A DNA stretch of 64,000 bases from Felis catus. Taxonomy: Eukaryota. Position 1 is the stretch's first letter; every line of letters begins with the position of its first letter. The stretch is taken from the NCBI RefSeq assembly GCF_018350175.1, contig NC_058369.1, positions 15,750,001-15,814,000 of the forward strand, given 5' to 3'. The notes under the pieces were generated by a model. The model was not told where the DNA came from. It did no database searches and worked only from the letters and a program-made list of their open reading frames with translations. Shown here piece after piece: positions 11,459 through 25,058 of the stretch. The position numbers and the translations under genes are program-made.

Positions 11459-14400
11459 ACCCTTTTAAAGTCTCCAAGCTATGTTTATCCCCAGGCACAT
11501 TTTACTTTACCGTATGCTTGGCACATACTGGAGGTGGTTACTTGTGGGCTCAGAGCATTGGGAAAGCAGTTAAAATTGTGAACTTTGAGGGCGCGGCCCG
11601 ATCAAGGAAATGGAACACACCAGTGATGATGCTTTCACCGTGGCTTTCAACCTCCTGCCCAAAATGTGAGGTGCGCTTGTGTCACCTCCGTAACACGGTC
11701 ACACGATGAAGTAGCTCTAAGTGGCAGACGCTTGTGTGTGGTTTTTAGACTAGATCCTTGTAGCCATCGGCTCTATCGGCTTAAAGTTGTCTTTCTGGCT
11801 CATGCTTCGCAAAACCACTCACCAAACTGGAGAGGACCAATCACCTACGGTGAGAGAGCGAGCGAGCGAGCGCACAGGCAGGGCGGTGGGTCCGGCCCGG
11901 CTGAGCGGTGCGGCTACGGGGCTGTCGTGGAGCCCTAGCTCCGGTGCTCACTGGTGAGCATGACCAGCTGGCAATCTCTTAACCTCTTTTGTTTTGGCGA
12001 GACACAGGCCATAACAGCCCCCACCTCTGGGGGCTGGGGGGTGGGGGTGGGGGGGGGACTTGGGACAGTGCATACAGAACCGTTAGCACAGGGGGCACTT
12101 GGGGGCGGGAGGGCCCCAAAGACGGCAGTGACAGCTCAAGACCTAGTGACACACGGAGGCCGCAGGTCTGTCCCGTGCGGGTTGGCAGGGCGCGGGAAGG
12201 GCGCCTGGCGTGTCACACGCACCCTGGTCCAGCTGCGCACAGGCCGGGCCTCGCAGGCCCACGTGACCCCTGTACTGTCTCACACTCGTGCCTAAATGCA
12301 CCCTGGAGGGCGGCAGCCTCACGGGACACAGGCCCTGTGGACTGAGTGCTTCCTTGCACGGCAAACTCTGCCCTTTCTATGGTGACAAGCCTGACTTTTA
12401 TCTTCTTTAAATTGGCTTCAAATACAAAAAAAAAAAAAAAAAAAGCAACAGGAAAAAAAATAAAAAGTACACACTGGCTTCAAAGTGGGAGTTTCACATG
12501 CCCCCCCCCCCTTGGTGCGTTCATCTCAAGGGTTAGCACTTCTGATGGAGGGGCCCCCGGCCCCTCACTTCCCCAGAACGAGAGACGGAGGCCCTGCCTG
12601 GAAAGGAGGACGTGAAGAAGCCGTAACCGGGGGCCCCGCAGCCGTGTGGCGTGACGGGCAGAGCAGGGCTCCGGCCCTGTGCGTTCCGGGATGAGGTGCT
12701 CGGCCTCCTAGGGCCCAGTTCACCATCCGCACCACCGGCTGAGGGCCGCCCTCCGTCCAGGAGTGCCCGTGAGGCCCGGACGGCGCACCGTGGGGAGCCA
12801 AGCTGGGGGCTGCCTGGCCGAGGCAACGGGGCCGCTGGGCTCTCCCCAACCAGGTGCCTGCCGGGCTGAGGCAAACCAGACCAGGCACCCGTCGGGCCGC
12901 GCCCCGCCCGCCCCACCCCAGGCCTGGGTTATACGCCCTATCTCCAGGCTCCCCACAAAAAGGCTGCGTGCGACCTTCTAAGGCTTCGGAAAACCCAGGA
13001 ATGGCACAGCAGCAGAATCTTCCTTTACCTTCTGTGTGTTCTCACTCACTGGCCCTATACCCCTCTGGACTCTCATCTGCTACGCCCGAGAGTCGGGACT
13101 CTTCCCAGCCCTCCCCCGGGTACAGGGCAGTGCTGGCAACAGAGGCCGGCACAGCCCGCGTCGGGAGCGGAGGCCTTCGACGACGTGACTTCGTTCTGTC
13201 CACACAACAGCCCCACGGGGCGCAAGTTCCTGGCCTCGGTCCTGCTCTGCTCCTCCCCCGACTGTGCTCACACGCAGCAGCACGCGATGGGGCGCAGGTG
13301 GGAGCGGGGGCTGTAGAAGGGTGGGCACAGGCTGCCTCGAGCGCGGCCTCGGGGTCCGCGGGCAAGCTACTCCCTCTCCATGTCCCCGACACTTCGGGGC
13401 CGTTAGCGGTCCCGCGTGGCCGCACGGACGGGTGGTGAACACGGGGTGACCCCGATTCCAGGGGCCGCCCGGGAGCCAGAAGCCCAGGTGATCTCAGTGA
13501 GCATTCCGGACGGAGGGATTGGTGCTGCGGGAGAGAACGGCTGAAGCCTCCCCTGCTGGCGGGGTCCAGGAGTGGAGGGAGCGGTCGCTCCGACCTCCTC
13601 CCCCAAGGGGCCCCCCAGGCGGTGCCTCTTTCATGCGCCCGGTCCTCCACGGTCCGTGGGGACTCCCAACACCGAGCCGCGCGAGGCCTGGTGCGCTCGT
13701 CCCCATGCTTCAGGTGAGGAAACTAGTTCAGAGAGATTAAGACCCGCCAAAGCTCACCCGGCACAGCCAGGGCTAGGACTCCGGTGAACAGCCTCTTTCT
13801 CTGCCCCCAAGTGTTGGCCAACAGAGGTTTCCCGCAGCGGATGCGCTCAAGGTACCCGCCAGCTCCGTCCTCCTCACGAAGGGGGGGAGAACGCTGGGCT
13901 AACCCGAGCACAAGGTGGCTTTTTGCCTTCACGGTCACTACCGTATGCTGTTCTCGTTTTGTGTCTGAGATACAGGCGTCCCATCTCCCGGCCAGTGATC
14001 CACCGACCCCAGCCCCCCAGCAAAGCACTCTGACCGGGAAGTACCAGTTAGTTACAAAGCGATTACTGGCAAAGGTGCCCTGAGGGTCAGGGACCGTCTC
14101 GACGACTTTAGCTCAGTGTCACTGGGCACTGGGAGAGGTTTTCCTTGGAGAAATACTGGGGTACCAGGCGCAAGCAGGAGACGGGCCCGGCTCAGCGCCT
14201 GGCATCACAACGCACGCGGGACATCACAGAAATGAGGCGCCTCCACGGGAGGCCTCCCAGGCGCCAGGCACCAGGCTCGGCGCTTTACACACACCCTTCT
14301 CATCGAATCTTCCTGCCGGTCCCAGAGGGGGACGGTCCCCATCTCTCCTAGGGGAGGGCACTGAGTTCGGGAGGCTGCGGTACCCCCAGTCCACGGAACC

Positions 14401-16787
14401 TGGAGGTGGCAGCTTACGCTCCGACCAGGTGTCGGATTCTGGAGATCAAGCTCTTCACGGCCGTATGGCCCGTTCGTCTCGTGACCAGAAGGGGAGGCCA
14501 GGCCGGGGTGGAAGCAGAGCGGAGGCCGAGAGACCCAAGGCCCAGCCCTGCGACGGGCTGATGAGAGCTTTCTCTCCATCTCCGCCTGCCCCCTCAGTGC
14601 CGAGCACAGAAGGACACCTGGTCCCTGGAGAGGGCCGAGCGGGAGCTCGGCTGAGTGTGGGGAGCGGGTGCGGATAGGCCCGTCTGGAGGGCTCTAGAGA
14701 ACGCCATCTTTTCTCCCCAGGGAAGGGGTTGTGCTTCTGTTTCTCATCGGTGGGGGCCAGTGGGAGGCTGCTCAGGGGTGTGGGGACCTCTGCCTGTCCC
14801 CTCACTGCCAGGAAGGGCGAGGCAGACAACTTCATTGCCCGCAGAATGTGTATACGTTGCAGGGCGGGAGGCAGAGCACAGGCTTCTGATGTGTACATGG
14901 GGAAGTGGGGCCCTGAGAAGAGAAATGAACTCTTCGGAACGAACCTCAAGCCTGTGGACGGAGGGAGGGGTTCTGGGCTCAAAGCCTAGTGCTGACACTT
15001 ACAACCCCGTGCCCTGGAGTGGCTTATCTGGCCTCCCGAGGCTTCAGCAGCTTTACCTGTAAAATGAGGACCGTAATCCCTAAGCCTCGAAGGGCTGGGC
15101 AGGGACCGAGCGAGGCCACGCACAGAGGCGGCCGGCGCAGGAAGGTGCCCGGCAGAGTGGCTTTCGACAACACGGCTTCCAAGCAGCCTTCTTTCCTCTG
15201 TGGATTTGGACGCACCTGGTGTTCAATCCCTTCCGGATCACTTCTTACTTTGGACTTGCTGATTTCTTTCTCGAAGTTTCCCATCAGGGAGGCTTACGCA
15301 AATCCAGGCTTACCGCCCGCACTTTTTCGGGGTCCTGGCATTTCTGATCGGTCTTAGGAAGAAAAAGAACGTACGACAAAGCTACCAGAGACACTTGGGT
15401 CTTCTCTGATGCACAGAGATGGCGTGTGAGGGTGCAGGCCCTTAGCTGAGTAGCAGAGGCCGCAGGGACCGCAGGCTCCCGACTGCCAGGCCCAGGTCCA
15501 CCCTAGGGGCCGCGGGCCAGTGCACTGGTGGTTTCCTTTCCCTGGGACACTTCCTGATTTCCCGGGACCGAAACACAGGTATTTGTCAGCGGTCAGAGCG
15601 CCTTCTGTTTCTGTTCTTACTGGCAAAGGGGAAGGTGAGGGGCGAGGGAAAGAGGGAGCTGCAGGGGGTCACTCTCTCCTACAGGCGACAGCCAAAGGCC
15701 GTCCTCCCAGGTCTGGAGGCCCCAGTCCTGCTCACCTCACCACCTACCCACCTGGCGGGGAGTACAGTTGCCAGGTGATGGCGGCTCCGTGGCTCAGTGC
15801 CCTTGGGAGAACACTGCAGACTGTGGGGTCAGGGGCACTTCGGGAGGCGGGGGTTCCAGGAAGGGAAAGGCAAGGCCCAAAGCCGCGGAAGCAGCACTGC
15901 ACAGGGGCTGATGGGCTGGGTGATCCTGTGGGCTCTCTCCACGAGGCTACAACGCGAGCGTTTGGTCACCCTCTAGTCAGAGAACAGGGGAGTGCGGAGG
16001 GATACACGTAAGCCTAAAATTTCTGGCACTGAGTGCTCCGTGAGGATTCAATACATCTCCTGCACGGCAGAAATCCTGGCTGATTAATCCTAGCCCTCCT
16101 CTGAGTCCTGGGCAGGAAGAGAGGGGCAGAGATGTGAATGTGGGTATTGGCCAGGTGCATCACGAAACTCCCTAACTGGAGGGAAAGTGGGTCGAGAAAT
16201 GCCTGGACCCAGGGGGGGCCATGTAAATTCTTTCTTGGCTTTTGAGCAGTCTGTGCTTTGCTGCAGAAACCGCATTTCAGCCCGATACCAGGGGCTGAGA
16301 GACGCCGAGCAGGGCTGCCGTGGGGGGTGGGGGGCCTGACCTCTTCCTGTGGGTCCCCTTGGCATAAACTCTCGACACTGAAACGCGGTGGCACTTCGTG
16401 AGGTTACCTCATATTATTTAAAAATTGGCCTTTGCAAAACTCTCCTCGCAAACCTGGTTGGAAAACAGCTGGCCTGGAAAAATGAGAAGACTGGTGGAGA
16501 GTAAGTACCAACGGACTAGCAGGACACAGAGAGACACGAGGGGCGCACGTGCACGGCGGGGCAACCGGGTGAAGAGGCAGTGGGTGGGTGGCCGTCCGCA
16601 AGCCCAGGACCCTGACCTGGAACTTCCAGTCTCCAGAACTGTCCCGAGCACTGTTCTGAGGCGCCTTCCCTTAAGCGAAGACAGCCAATCCTGCTTCCAA
16701 AGTCTCACTTTCCTGGTCCTTTAATCAGGGGGCACAAGGGCCCGACACCCAGTGAGCACACAGGAAGTAAAGGTGAGGTCTACTCAC

Positions 16788-16929
16788 TGTTCGGGCATGT
16801 TAGGGTCGAGGGAGTCAGTTTCGGTGGGCGTCTCAGGCGAGGAGCCCGACTCCTGAATCTGGCAAAGCTCCTCATCGGTGATGATGTCAAACGCGGCATC
16901 GTCCGGCGGCCTGCAGTCCGCGTCTACAC
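16788..16929 (-). CDS. FYCO1: FYCO1 exon 14 (LC3-interacting region)
   Basis: 142 nt, [51 protein letters not shown] core FDII followed by TDEE; cag|...CA|gtgagt. Confidence 0.95.
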
Positions 16930-18009
16930 CTGGGCCACAGAGGTGGATAGGGAGAGAAGAGACACACGCAGTTACGCACAGGATGGGGAGGGGATGCCGG
17001 GAGGTGAGGGGCTGTAACTGTGCGGGAGGGGCCACCGGGACACGCTCTAAGTGCCCGCTCAACCCACAGCTACTCTGTCTAGATGGGAGAGAAATGGCTG
17101 CTGAGACATTCCAGAAAGTGGTGGGGGCCTACAGGGAAGCTGAACACATGGATTAAGAGATTTCTCTGAAGCTCCTCAGTCGGGTCTACATATTCTCTGA
17201 GGCCTCTTATTCAGAAACAAACAAACAAAAAACCTGTCAAGACCTCATCAGGAAAGAACCTAACAGAAAAGTAAACACACTTCTCTGCTGCTGAGTCCTT
17301 GCTCCCGAAGACACAGACACGACTTATTTATGCCTCCTTTGAAACCAAGATTCTATCTGGATCCTGTGTTTCCATCTCCATCCACTGGGGGATGGGAGAG
17401 ACCCTCCCTCTGCCCGAGGTGGCAGTGACCGCTGTGCTTCTGACTGGGGGACTTGTGTCTGACTTTGCAGGCCACTCAGTAGGAGGGACGCCGTATGGAC
17501 ATTCCTGTGCCGGCCACCTACCCACATGCACGCTCCTGCATGCAGCATGGAAAATGTGACGGCAGGCCTGAGGCGAAAGAAAGGCAGACAGAAGGGAAGA
17601 TAGAAAAAAAGGAAAGACAGAAAGAAATGCAGATAGACAAGGAGACAGGAAATGTCAGAAATCAAAACAAGTGACCTCGGGACTCTGGCACAGTGTCACC
17701 CTCTGTCAACACTGGAACACCTGCCTGTGAGTCAGGGCAGGGGAGATTCCTGGACTGTTTAGCAAGAACAGTTCACGAGAGCTCCAAGTTTCCAGCCGGC
17801 TCCACCACAGGGCTAGTGGGACAGGCCGTGCCCTAGGAAGAGCAGGACGTGGGGCTTGAGACACAGGCTGAAGAAGGAGACCAGAGACTGGTTTCCTTCC
17901 ATAGACCCAGTCACACTTCTGAATCTGCCTTCTGAGGCTGGTAGAGGGAAGGAAGGAGGATGACAAAGGAAGGGACAATGGGCACCAGGTGCCCCAAACG
18001 AGGGAGATT

Positions 18010-20060
18010 CACTGAGAGAAATCAAAGAAGACTTAAACAAGTGGAGAGCTATACACGTTCACTTATTGGAAGGCTCAATTTTGTTAACATGTCAATTCTC
18101 TTCGACGTGATCTAGAAAGCACACGTCAGTCAAAATTTCAGCAGGATTTCTTGTAGAAGCTGACAAACTAAATTCTAAAATTTACACGGGTACAGGAAAC
18201 CATCAAAATCCCACAGGACAAAACAGACAGCAACCTCTTTGACCTCAGCCTCAGCAACTTCTTACTAGACATGTCTCCAGGGGCAAGGGAAACAAAAGCA
18301 AAAAATGAACTATTGAGACCTCATCAAGATAAAAAGCTTCTCTACAGTGAGGGAAACAATCAACAAAACGAGGCAACCGATGGAATGAATGGGAGAAGAT
18401 ATCTGCAAGCGACATATCTCCTAAAGGGGGAGTCTCCAAAACCTATAAAGAACTTGTCAAACTCAACACCCAAAAAGCAAATAATCCAGTGAAGAAACGG
18501 GCAGAAGGCATGAAGAAACACTTTGCCAGAGAAGACATCCAGATAGCTTAACAGACACGTGGAAAACACGCTCAACATCACTCACCATCAGGAAAATACA
18601 AATCAAAATCACAATGAGACAGATGCCACCTCACACCTGTCAGAATGGCTAAAATTAACTCAGGAAACGACAGCTGTCGGTGAGGATGCGGAGAAAGGGG
18701 AAGCCTCTTGCGCTGTTGGTGGGAATGCAAGCTGGTGCAGCCGCTCTGCAGAACAGGATGGAGGTTCCTCAAGAAACTGAAAACAGAACTACCCTATGAC
18801 TCGGCAATTACACTACGGGGCATTTATCCAAAGGTTATAGGAGTGCCGACTTGAAGGAGCACATCTACCCCAATGTTTATAGCAGTGCCACCAACAACGG
18901 CCACATTACGGGAAGAGCCCAAGTGTCCATCGACTGATGAATGGATAGGGAAGATGTGTGTGTGTGTGTACGTGTGTGTATACACACATACGACGGGGTA
19001 TTACTCGGCGATCGAAAAGAATGAAATCTTGCCATCTGCAACAACTCGGAGGAACTCGAGTGCGTTATGCTAAGCAAAGTAAGTCAGTCAGTGAAAGACA
19101 AGTATCATACGATTTCACTCATCCGTGGAATTTAAGAAACAAAACAGATGAACTTAGGAAAAATGAAAACACAGAGGGAGGCAGACCATAAGAGACTCTT
19201 ATATACAGAGAAAGACTGAGGGTTGCTGGAGGGGAGGTGGGGGGGTGGGATGTAGGTGGGCATTAAGGAGGGCACCTGTTGGGATGAGCACTGGGTGTTA
19301 TATGTAACTGATGAATCACTAAATTCTACTCCTGAAACCAATGCTAACCTATATGTCTAGTCAGCTAACTGGAGTTTAAGTTAAAAAGACATAAAATAAA
19401 ATTTACATGGATATGCAAAACACCTAGGATAGCCAACACTCTGATAAAGAACAAAACTAGAGGGGACCCGCTCTACCTGATTTGAAGACTCATTAGAACA
19501 CCATGGTGATCTCAACAGTGCGGTATTGGTGAGAGAGAAGGCACATGGATACGTGGGATGGGTCAGAAAGTCCGGATACAGACCCACATACATAAGAGCA
19601 ACTGATTTTAGAAAATGCTGCAAAGGCAGTTCTGTGAGAACGGACTTGTTAACCAATGGCGGTGGAAACGCTGGACAGCCATATGCAAAAAAATGAATCT
19701 CTACATGTGGCTTGTAGCATACACCAAAATCAATTCAGAATGGATCACAGACCTAAAACCGTGAAATTTCTAGGAAAAACAAACAAACCAGGAGATCTTT
19801 GTGTCCTTAGGGTAAGCAAAGATAGATATGATCCCAAAAGATAAGAAAAAAATTGATCCATAAGGCCAAAAAAAAATTGATGGATTGGACTTCATGAGAA
19901 TTCCAACCTTCCGTGTTTTGGAAAACGTTTCCGCTCTTTCAAAGAAGGTGAAAAGACAGGTTTCTAGTTGGGAAAAGGTATCTGTGAAACAAATCTATTA
20001 AATAAGTTCTACCCAGAATCTATACAGGACTCCCAAAACTTGATAAAAAAGAATGAAAAA
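18010..20060 (+). mobile_element. Old L1 ORF2 fragment interrupted by a younger carnivore L1 3' end (~18193-19396)
   Basis: L1 ORF2 and 3'UTR hallmark sequences (gacatgtctccag, tcactcaccatcagg, ggtgggaatgcaagctggtgcagcc, cccaagtgtccatcgactgatgaatgg, gatgagcactgggtgtta). Confidence 0.88.
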
Positions 20061-20831
20061 CGCGTTTGAGGAAGATACTGTTTGAGGAAGGCTGTGTTCA
20101 CAGTGCATCCTGCCAACTCCACGCGGTTCTTCGTACCCAGTATACAGAACGGGGCCTGCCAACCTCCTTGATGGTCCAGTTAAACAAGCGGGGAACTCAC
20201 GGGATCTCGGAAGGCTGGCTGACCTGCGCCCAGGCAGAGGCCACGGAGGAGCCCAGAGGGGCCAGCCGCGGGAGACGGTGCTGCCTGAGCCGGGCCCAGC
20301 CTCACTCCTGCCCCTGCCGTGTCAGGCCTGCCTCGCTGCTAGTCTGTATCCCCAGGGCAGTGCCGAGAGGGCAGCCCGGCCCGCCCGGCAGGGCTGTGCT
20401 GGGAGCAGGGCCAGCGGGAACCGGATCCCACTCCCTCTCCCCGAGCGAGCGCAGTGAGAGGGCGCGGGAGAGCGCGTCCTCCTCGGCCTAACGTGGCGCG
20501 AGCCACAGGGAGAAGGTGAAGGATGTGGTCGTTTCCACGCAGCTCCGGGCCCGTGGCTGCTCCGCGGGGAGGGCGGGGTTCTTGGGGCTGAGGCTCCGGA
20601 GGCAGTATTTTCCACGGTGTGGGGGACGTCCCACTGGTAGCACACCGAGTTACGAAGTACACGGACCTCACGTTAAATAACGCTGAATCGTATCAGGAGA
20701 AAGTTATTCACCTTTCAATTCTCTTTCTATCCTAACTACATAAAAACGGAAAGTCTCAAATTGGCGCAATGCATTTTTGGCGCCCCTTTAACGCCCGAGT
20801 CCGGAAAACACTGGATCAAGCTGACCAGCCA

Positions 20832-20832
<1 letters not shown>

Positions 20833-20865
<33 letters not shown>
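20833..20865. repeat. G33 homopolymer
   Basis: Counted directly. Confidence 0.95.
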
Positions 20866-20866
<1 letters not shown>

Positions 20867-20915
20867 GGCACCTAAGCACACGGGGGCGGGGAGGGCAGGG
20901 GGGTGGGAGCCTGAC

Positions 20916-21133
20916 CTTGGCCTCCGGCAGCCTGGGGCCCGGCTCGGCCTGGGGCCGGCGACAGCGCAGGGCTGGGCTCTCCCTGGCTGGTGCCCGAGCT
21001 GGCGCTGTCGGGGGAGCCGGGGCCGTCACTGAACTTGCGGAAGCAGGCCCTGCAGCAGCGTTCCTTCTTGCCGCCGTGCTTGGTCAGGACGTAGTTGTTG
21101 CAGCAGTAGTAACAGAAGATGCGGCCACAGATC
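20916..21133 (-). CDS. FYCO1: FYCO1 exon 13 (FYVE C-half and linker)
   Basis: 218 nt, [43 protein letters not shown]...AAGGQ; ccccag|...G|gtcag. Confidence 0.95.
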
Positions 21134-21714
21134 CTGGGGTGAAACAAGCACGGGCCGTGAGGACGCCGCGCCGCGGGCCTCGCGGTCTGCCCGGCACCAG
21201 AACCGGGCTCTGGAGGCCACACGGCTCCTCGGGCGGGGCTCCGCCCCCACGCAGGAACGTGGCCTCGCGGTCAGTTTGGTGAGATGCCGACTGAAGCCAT
21301 CCTGACAAGCCCACTGGGAGGCGACGTTTTATTTCCCCAGGTGCCGGGAGGCAGGGGACAGGGTACGTGGCTGAGCCCACCTTCTGGGACACACTGACGT
21401 GGGGGTTCAGAGGCTCTGAGGGGCCACAGACCCACCCGGGGCCGTGCTGATGACTTTCTATCTGCCTTGGCCCCCGCTGAGATTTATAGGAATAACTCTG
21501 CCTACCCTTCCTCGGGCCCTAGGAGGGTCTTCGCCGTCTGTGTTCTCCCAGCAAAGCCTCAGCCCCCGCTCTCCCTGGGCTCCAGGAACGTCGCTTTCCC
21601 TCCGGTCCCCGCAGCCTGAGGGAGGCCGACGGCTGCTGCTCTCTGGCTGCTCCACAGCCGGGTGGGTCCCCTTGACTCTGCCCGCACCCCTGCACCTGAC
21701 CTCCGCCCCCTTCA

Positions 21715-22032
<318 letters not shown>

Positions 22033-23275
22033 TCATGTCTGAAGACCGACTGCAAATTTCCCAAGACGTGGAAGGAAGATTCACTCCACTTGGAAACACT
22101 GGTCTGTCCCCTGCATCGGTCCCAGACTCAGCTGACGGCACGTGTGTGCAGGCAGAGGGGACTGTGATGCACGTACGGGGTGCTGGTGGCCGCAAAGAGC
22201 TGCCAGCACCCGCACGGGTCACACACTGCTCAGGGATCTAAACGACGCTGTACACGGTCACCTGGAGTTTAAGGTGTAACAGGCTGTCGTAATTATAGGA
22301 CACACGGCGTGCTCTGAGCCCAAGGACCTCGAATGTACTGCCCACACGAATCGTACATGTATTCAGAAACCCTTATGTGTTTATGGTCTCCTCAAGTAAC
22401 AAGTAATCGTTGGAGAAGATGAAAGGCGTCCTCGACGGAAAGCCTGATGGGATGTTACTTTCCCTTACTCCTCAGGGAGACGCTATGCGCTCCGGGAAGC
22501 AAGACCGGAAGCACAGGGAGGCTTTCCAGAAAGGTCTGGCAGGTGTCAGAACATGCCTGACACACAGGGCAGACGCGCACAGAGGTTTCCGTGTTGTTGC
22601 TATTACAGCTTCTGACCTGGGAACGTTTCGTTCTTTCCTAGATGGAACCCCGGCCACCATCCCAAGGTCAAGGCAGCCCCAACAGCACCTCAGTCCCAAA
22701 GAGTAACACTAGAGCCACCGAGGTCTGGTGACAAACTGATGCCACCACCAGAAATGGACTCCAAGGCCACAGACTCTCCCCTTAAATACAAAAGCCAGGG
22801 CATGCAACTGACAGGCATTTCAGGTACCTGCTGTGGTCAGGAAGCAGGAAGACTCATGCCCTGGACCGGCATCACCCTCCCCGCGGGTCCACAGCCCATC
22901 CCTTCTGTCCCCAGGCGGCCAGGGACCCACTCCCTGAAATGCGGGAACGTAGTCAGGACTCGGGCTTCTCCATCACACGCCTCAAGAACATGACTGAGCT
23001 CACAGGTCTTGAGTGCCCTGAGTCCCAAATCTGCAAATCGATGATACGTGGGCAGAGGTTTTACACTTCCAGATCAGGTGGAATTTAGTGTCACCATTTT
23101 GCAACCCCAAATGAATTGGCAGATTTAGGCGGTGCTTTTAGGCTGCGAACATCGCAAAGAACGGGCTTATCAGATCTTACGTGGGCTCCTGAAGGAAAGA
23201 CCCAAACTATAAACCAATTCTATGAGGCGTTCTTGAGAACATTTTGAATCTGGGTCTGAGCCAGCCTCTAGTAGA

Positions 23276-23420
23276 GCAGTGGTTCTCCACTCTGGCTCAC
23301 TGATCCCTGGGCCCTGCTCCCAGAAATTCCAGTTTGGTTGGACTGGGTAGGGTCTGGACGTGGGTATCATTTTAACAGCTCCCCTAGTGACTGTAATGTG
23401 CACGTAGGGTGGACCGTCAC
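23276..23420. mobile_element. MER5-like hAT MITE remnant
   Basis: cagtggttctc terminus and MER5-like internal sequence. Confidence 0.55.
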
Positions 23421-23479
23421 GGCTCTGGTTTCGGCTAACAATTCACAAGAAATAACAAAGATTTGGGAGAACATGTCAC

Positions 23480-24005
23480 GTGGTGCCATGGAGCTACAAC
23501 TGGCAAAATCCAGGCTGTGGGAAACTCTACCGGACGAAAGACCGAGCTTCCTCAAAAGTAAATTGCGAAGAGAAAAAAAAGTTAGAGACACAGTGGCCCA
23601 ATCACAGACTAAGTAAGAGAGATCTAACATCTCGCCATGCAACGTATGGATCCAGATCCTCATTAGAAAACAACGTAAGGAAAAAAAAAATAGGAAAAAC
23701 ACGAAACTGACTAGATGCTTAATGATATTGGGAACCACGGTTAATTTTTAAGCACGGCGATGACACCGTGGTGGCACAAAATGGAGAGTCCTTGTCTTAA
23801 GAGGAGCACGTACTGAAACATTTGGAGATGAAATAATATATCTGGAATCTGCATCAAAATAATCTGGGGAGGTGAGGGACACGGCGGGTCTCTGGATGAA
23901 ACAAGACTGGCCGTGAGGTGAAGGACGCTGAAGCAGGGGGCAGGTACTTGGGGTGCACTGTGTTGGCCTGTTGTTGTACATCTGCAAATTTCCATATGAG
24001 AAAGT
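23480..24005 (+). mobile_element. Ancient L1M 3' fragment
   Basis: Old L1 3'UTR-like: tactgaaacatttggagatgaaataatatatctggaatctgcatcaaaataat. Confidence 0.6.
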
Positions 24006-24015
24006 TAAGACTTTA

Positions 24016-24258
24016 GGGGCGCCTGGGTGTCCCAGTTGGTTGAGTGTCTTCTGACTCTTGGTTTCGGCTCAGGTCATGATCTCGTGGTTCGTGAGATCAG
24101 GCCCCACGTCGGGCTCTGCGCTCATAGCGTGGAGCCTGCTTGAGATTCTCTCTCCCTCTCTCTGCCCCTCCCCAGCTCGTGTGGTCTCTCCCTTTCTGTC
24201 TCTCAACATAAGTAAATAAACTTAAAAAAACAGAAAAATATAAACAAGAAAAAAAAAA
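24016..24258 (+). mobile_element. Carnivore SINE
   Basis: Canonical head, CT-rich region, A tail. Confidence 0.9.
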
Positions 24259-24869
24259 CTGTTTTGAACCACTCTCGCCAACTTGAAAAGTCAGGCCAGT
24301 TTCACGTGAAAGTCCAGGCTTGCACCTTTTCTTCAGAGGGAAGGCGATGTGGCAAGCTGGGCCCGGTGCCTGTGCAGCACCAAGTGGCAGGAGCAGAGCA
24401 CGTGTGTCCTCCGGGTTCCGAGGGCCCACCCGGCCCCGCTCACACACTTGTGATGCCACCTGCAGGTGTAGGAGTTTGGGAGGCCCGGCACTGGGGAAAG
24501 GTGGGACGGAGGAGAAGGGGGAAAGGGCTCATCAAAGAGGGGCAAGGGGATGGAGAGATTCCTCAGGATACGAGACGGCACTTGCCGTCACTCTTGTGGC
24601 TACGCACACAGAGATTTGAAAAATGATTCCCCGGCAGTGTGACAACACAGACTCAGCCGAGCCCTGGTGGGAACGGTGAAATCCACTCGTACGAGGCTGC
24701 CGAGGGCCCAAGCAGCCCCTGTCTGTGTGGGAGGCCTTAACACAGCACAGACGGACACGGGCCCCTTTCCCGCGAACAGACCTTTCAAGAACAGCCACTG
24801 TTCTTTACAGAGAAACCCAGCTCGGGGCGGGGGAGGGAGGGGCAGACAGCTGCTCGCCCCACGCTCTCA

Positions 24870-25058
<189 letters not shown>

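Noticed and set aside
12533..13787. CpG-rich patch with overlapping ORFs as a possible hidden gene
   Set aside because: ORFs in all frames reflect GC content; no coherent splice or coding signal. An enhancer cannot be excluded or supported from sequence alone.
1..16700. FYCO1 exons 15-18 (GOLD domain)
   Set aside because: I looked by eye for the expected peptide sequences and did not find them; presumably outside the window.
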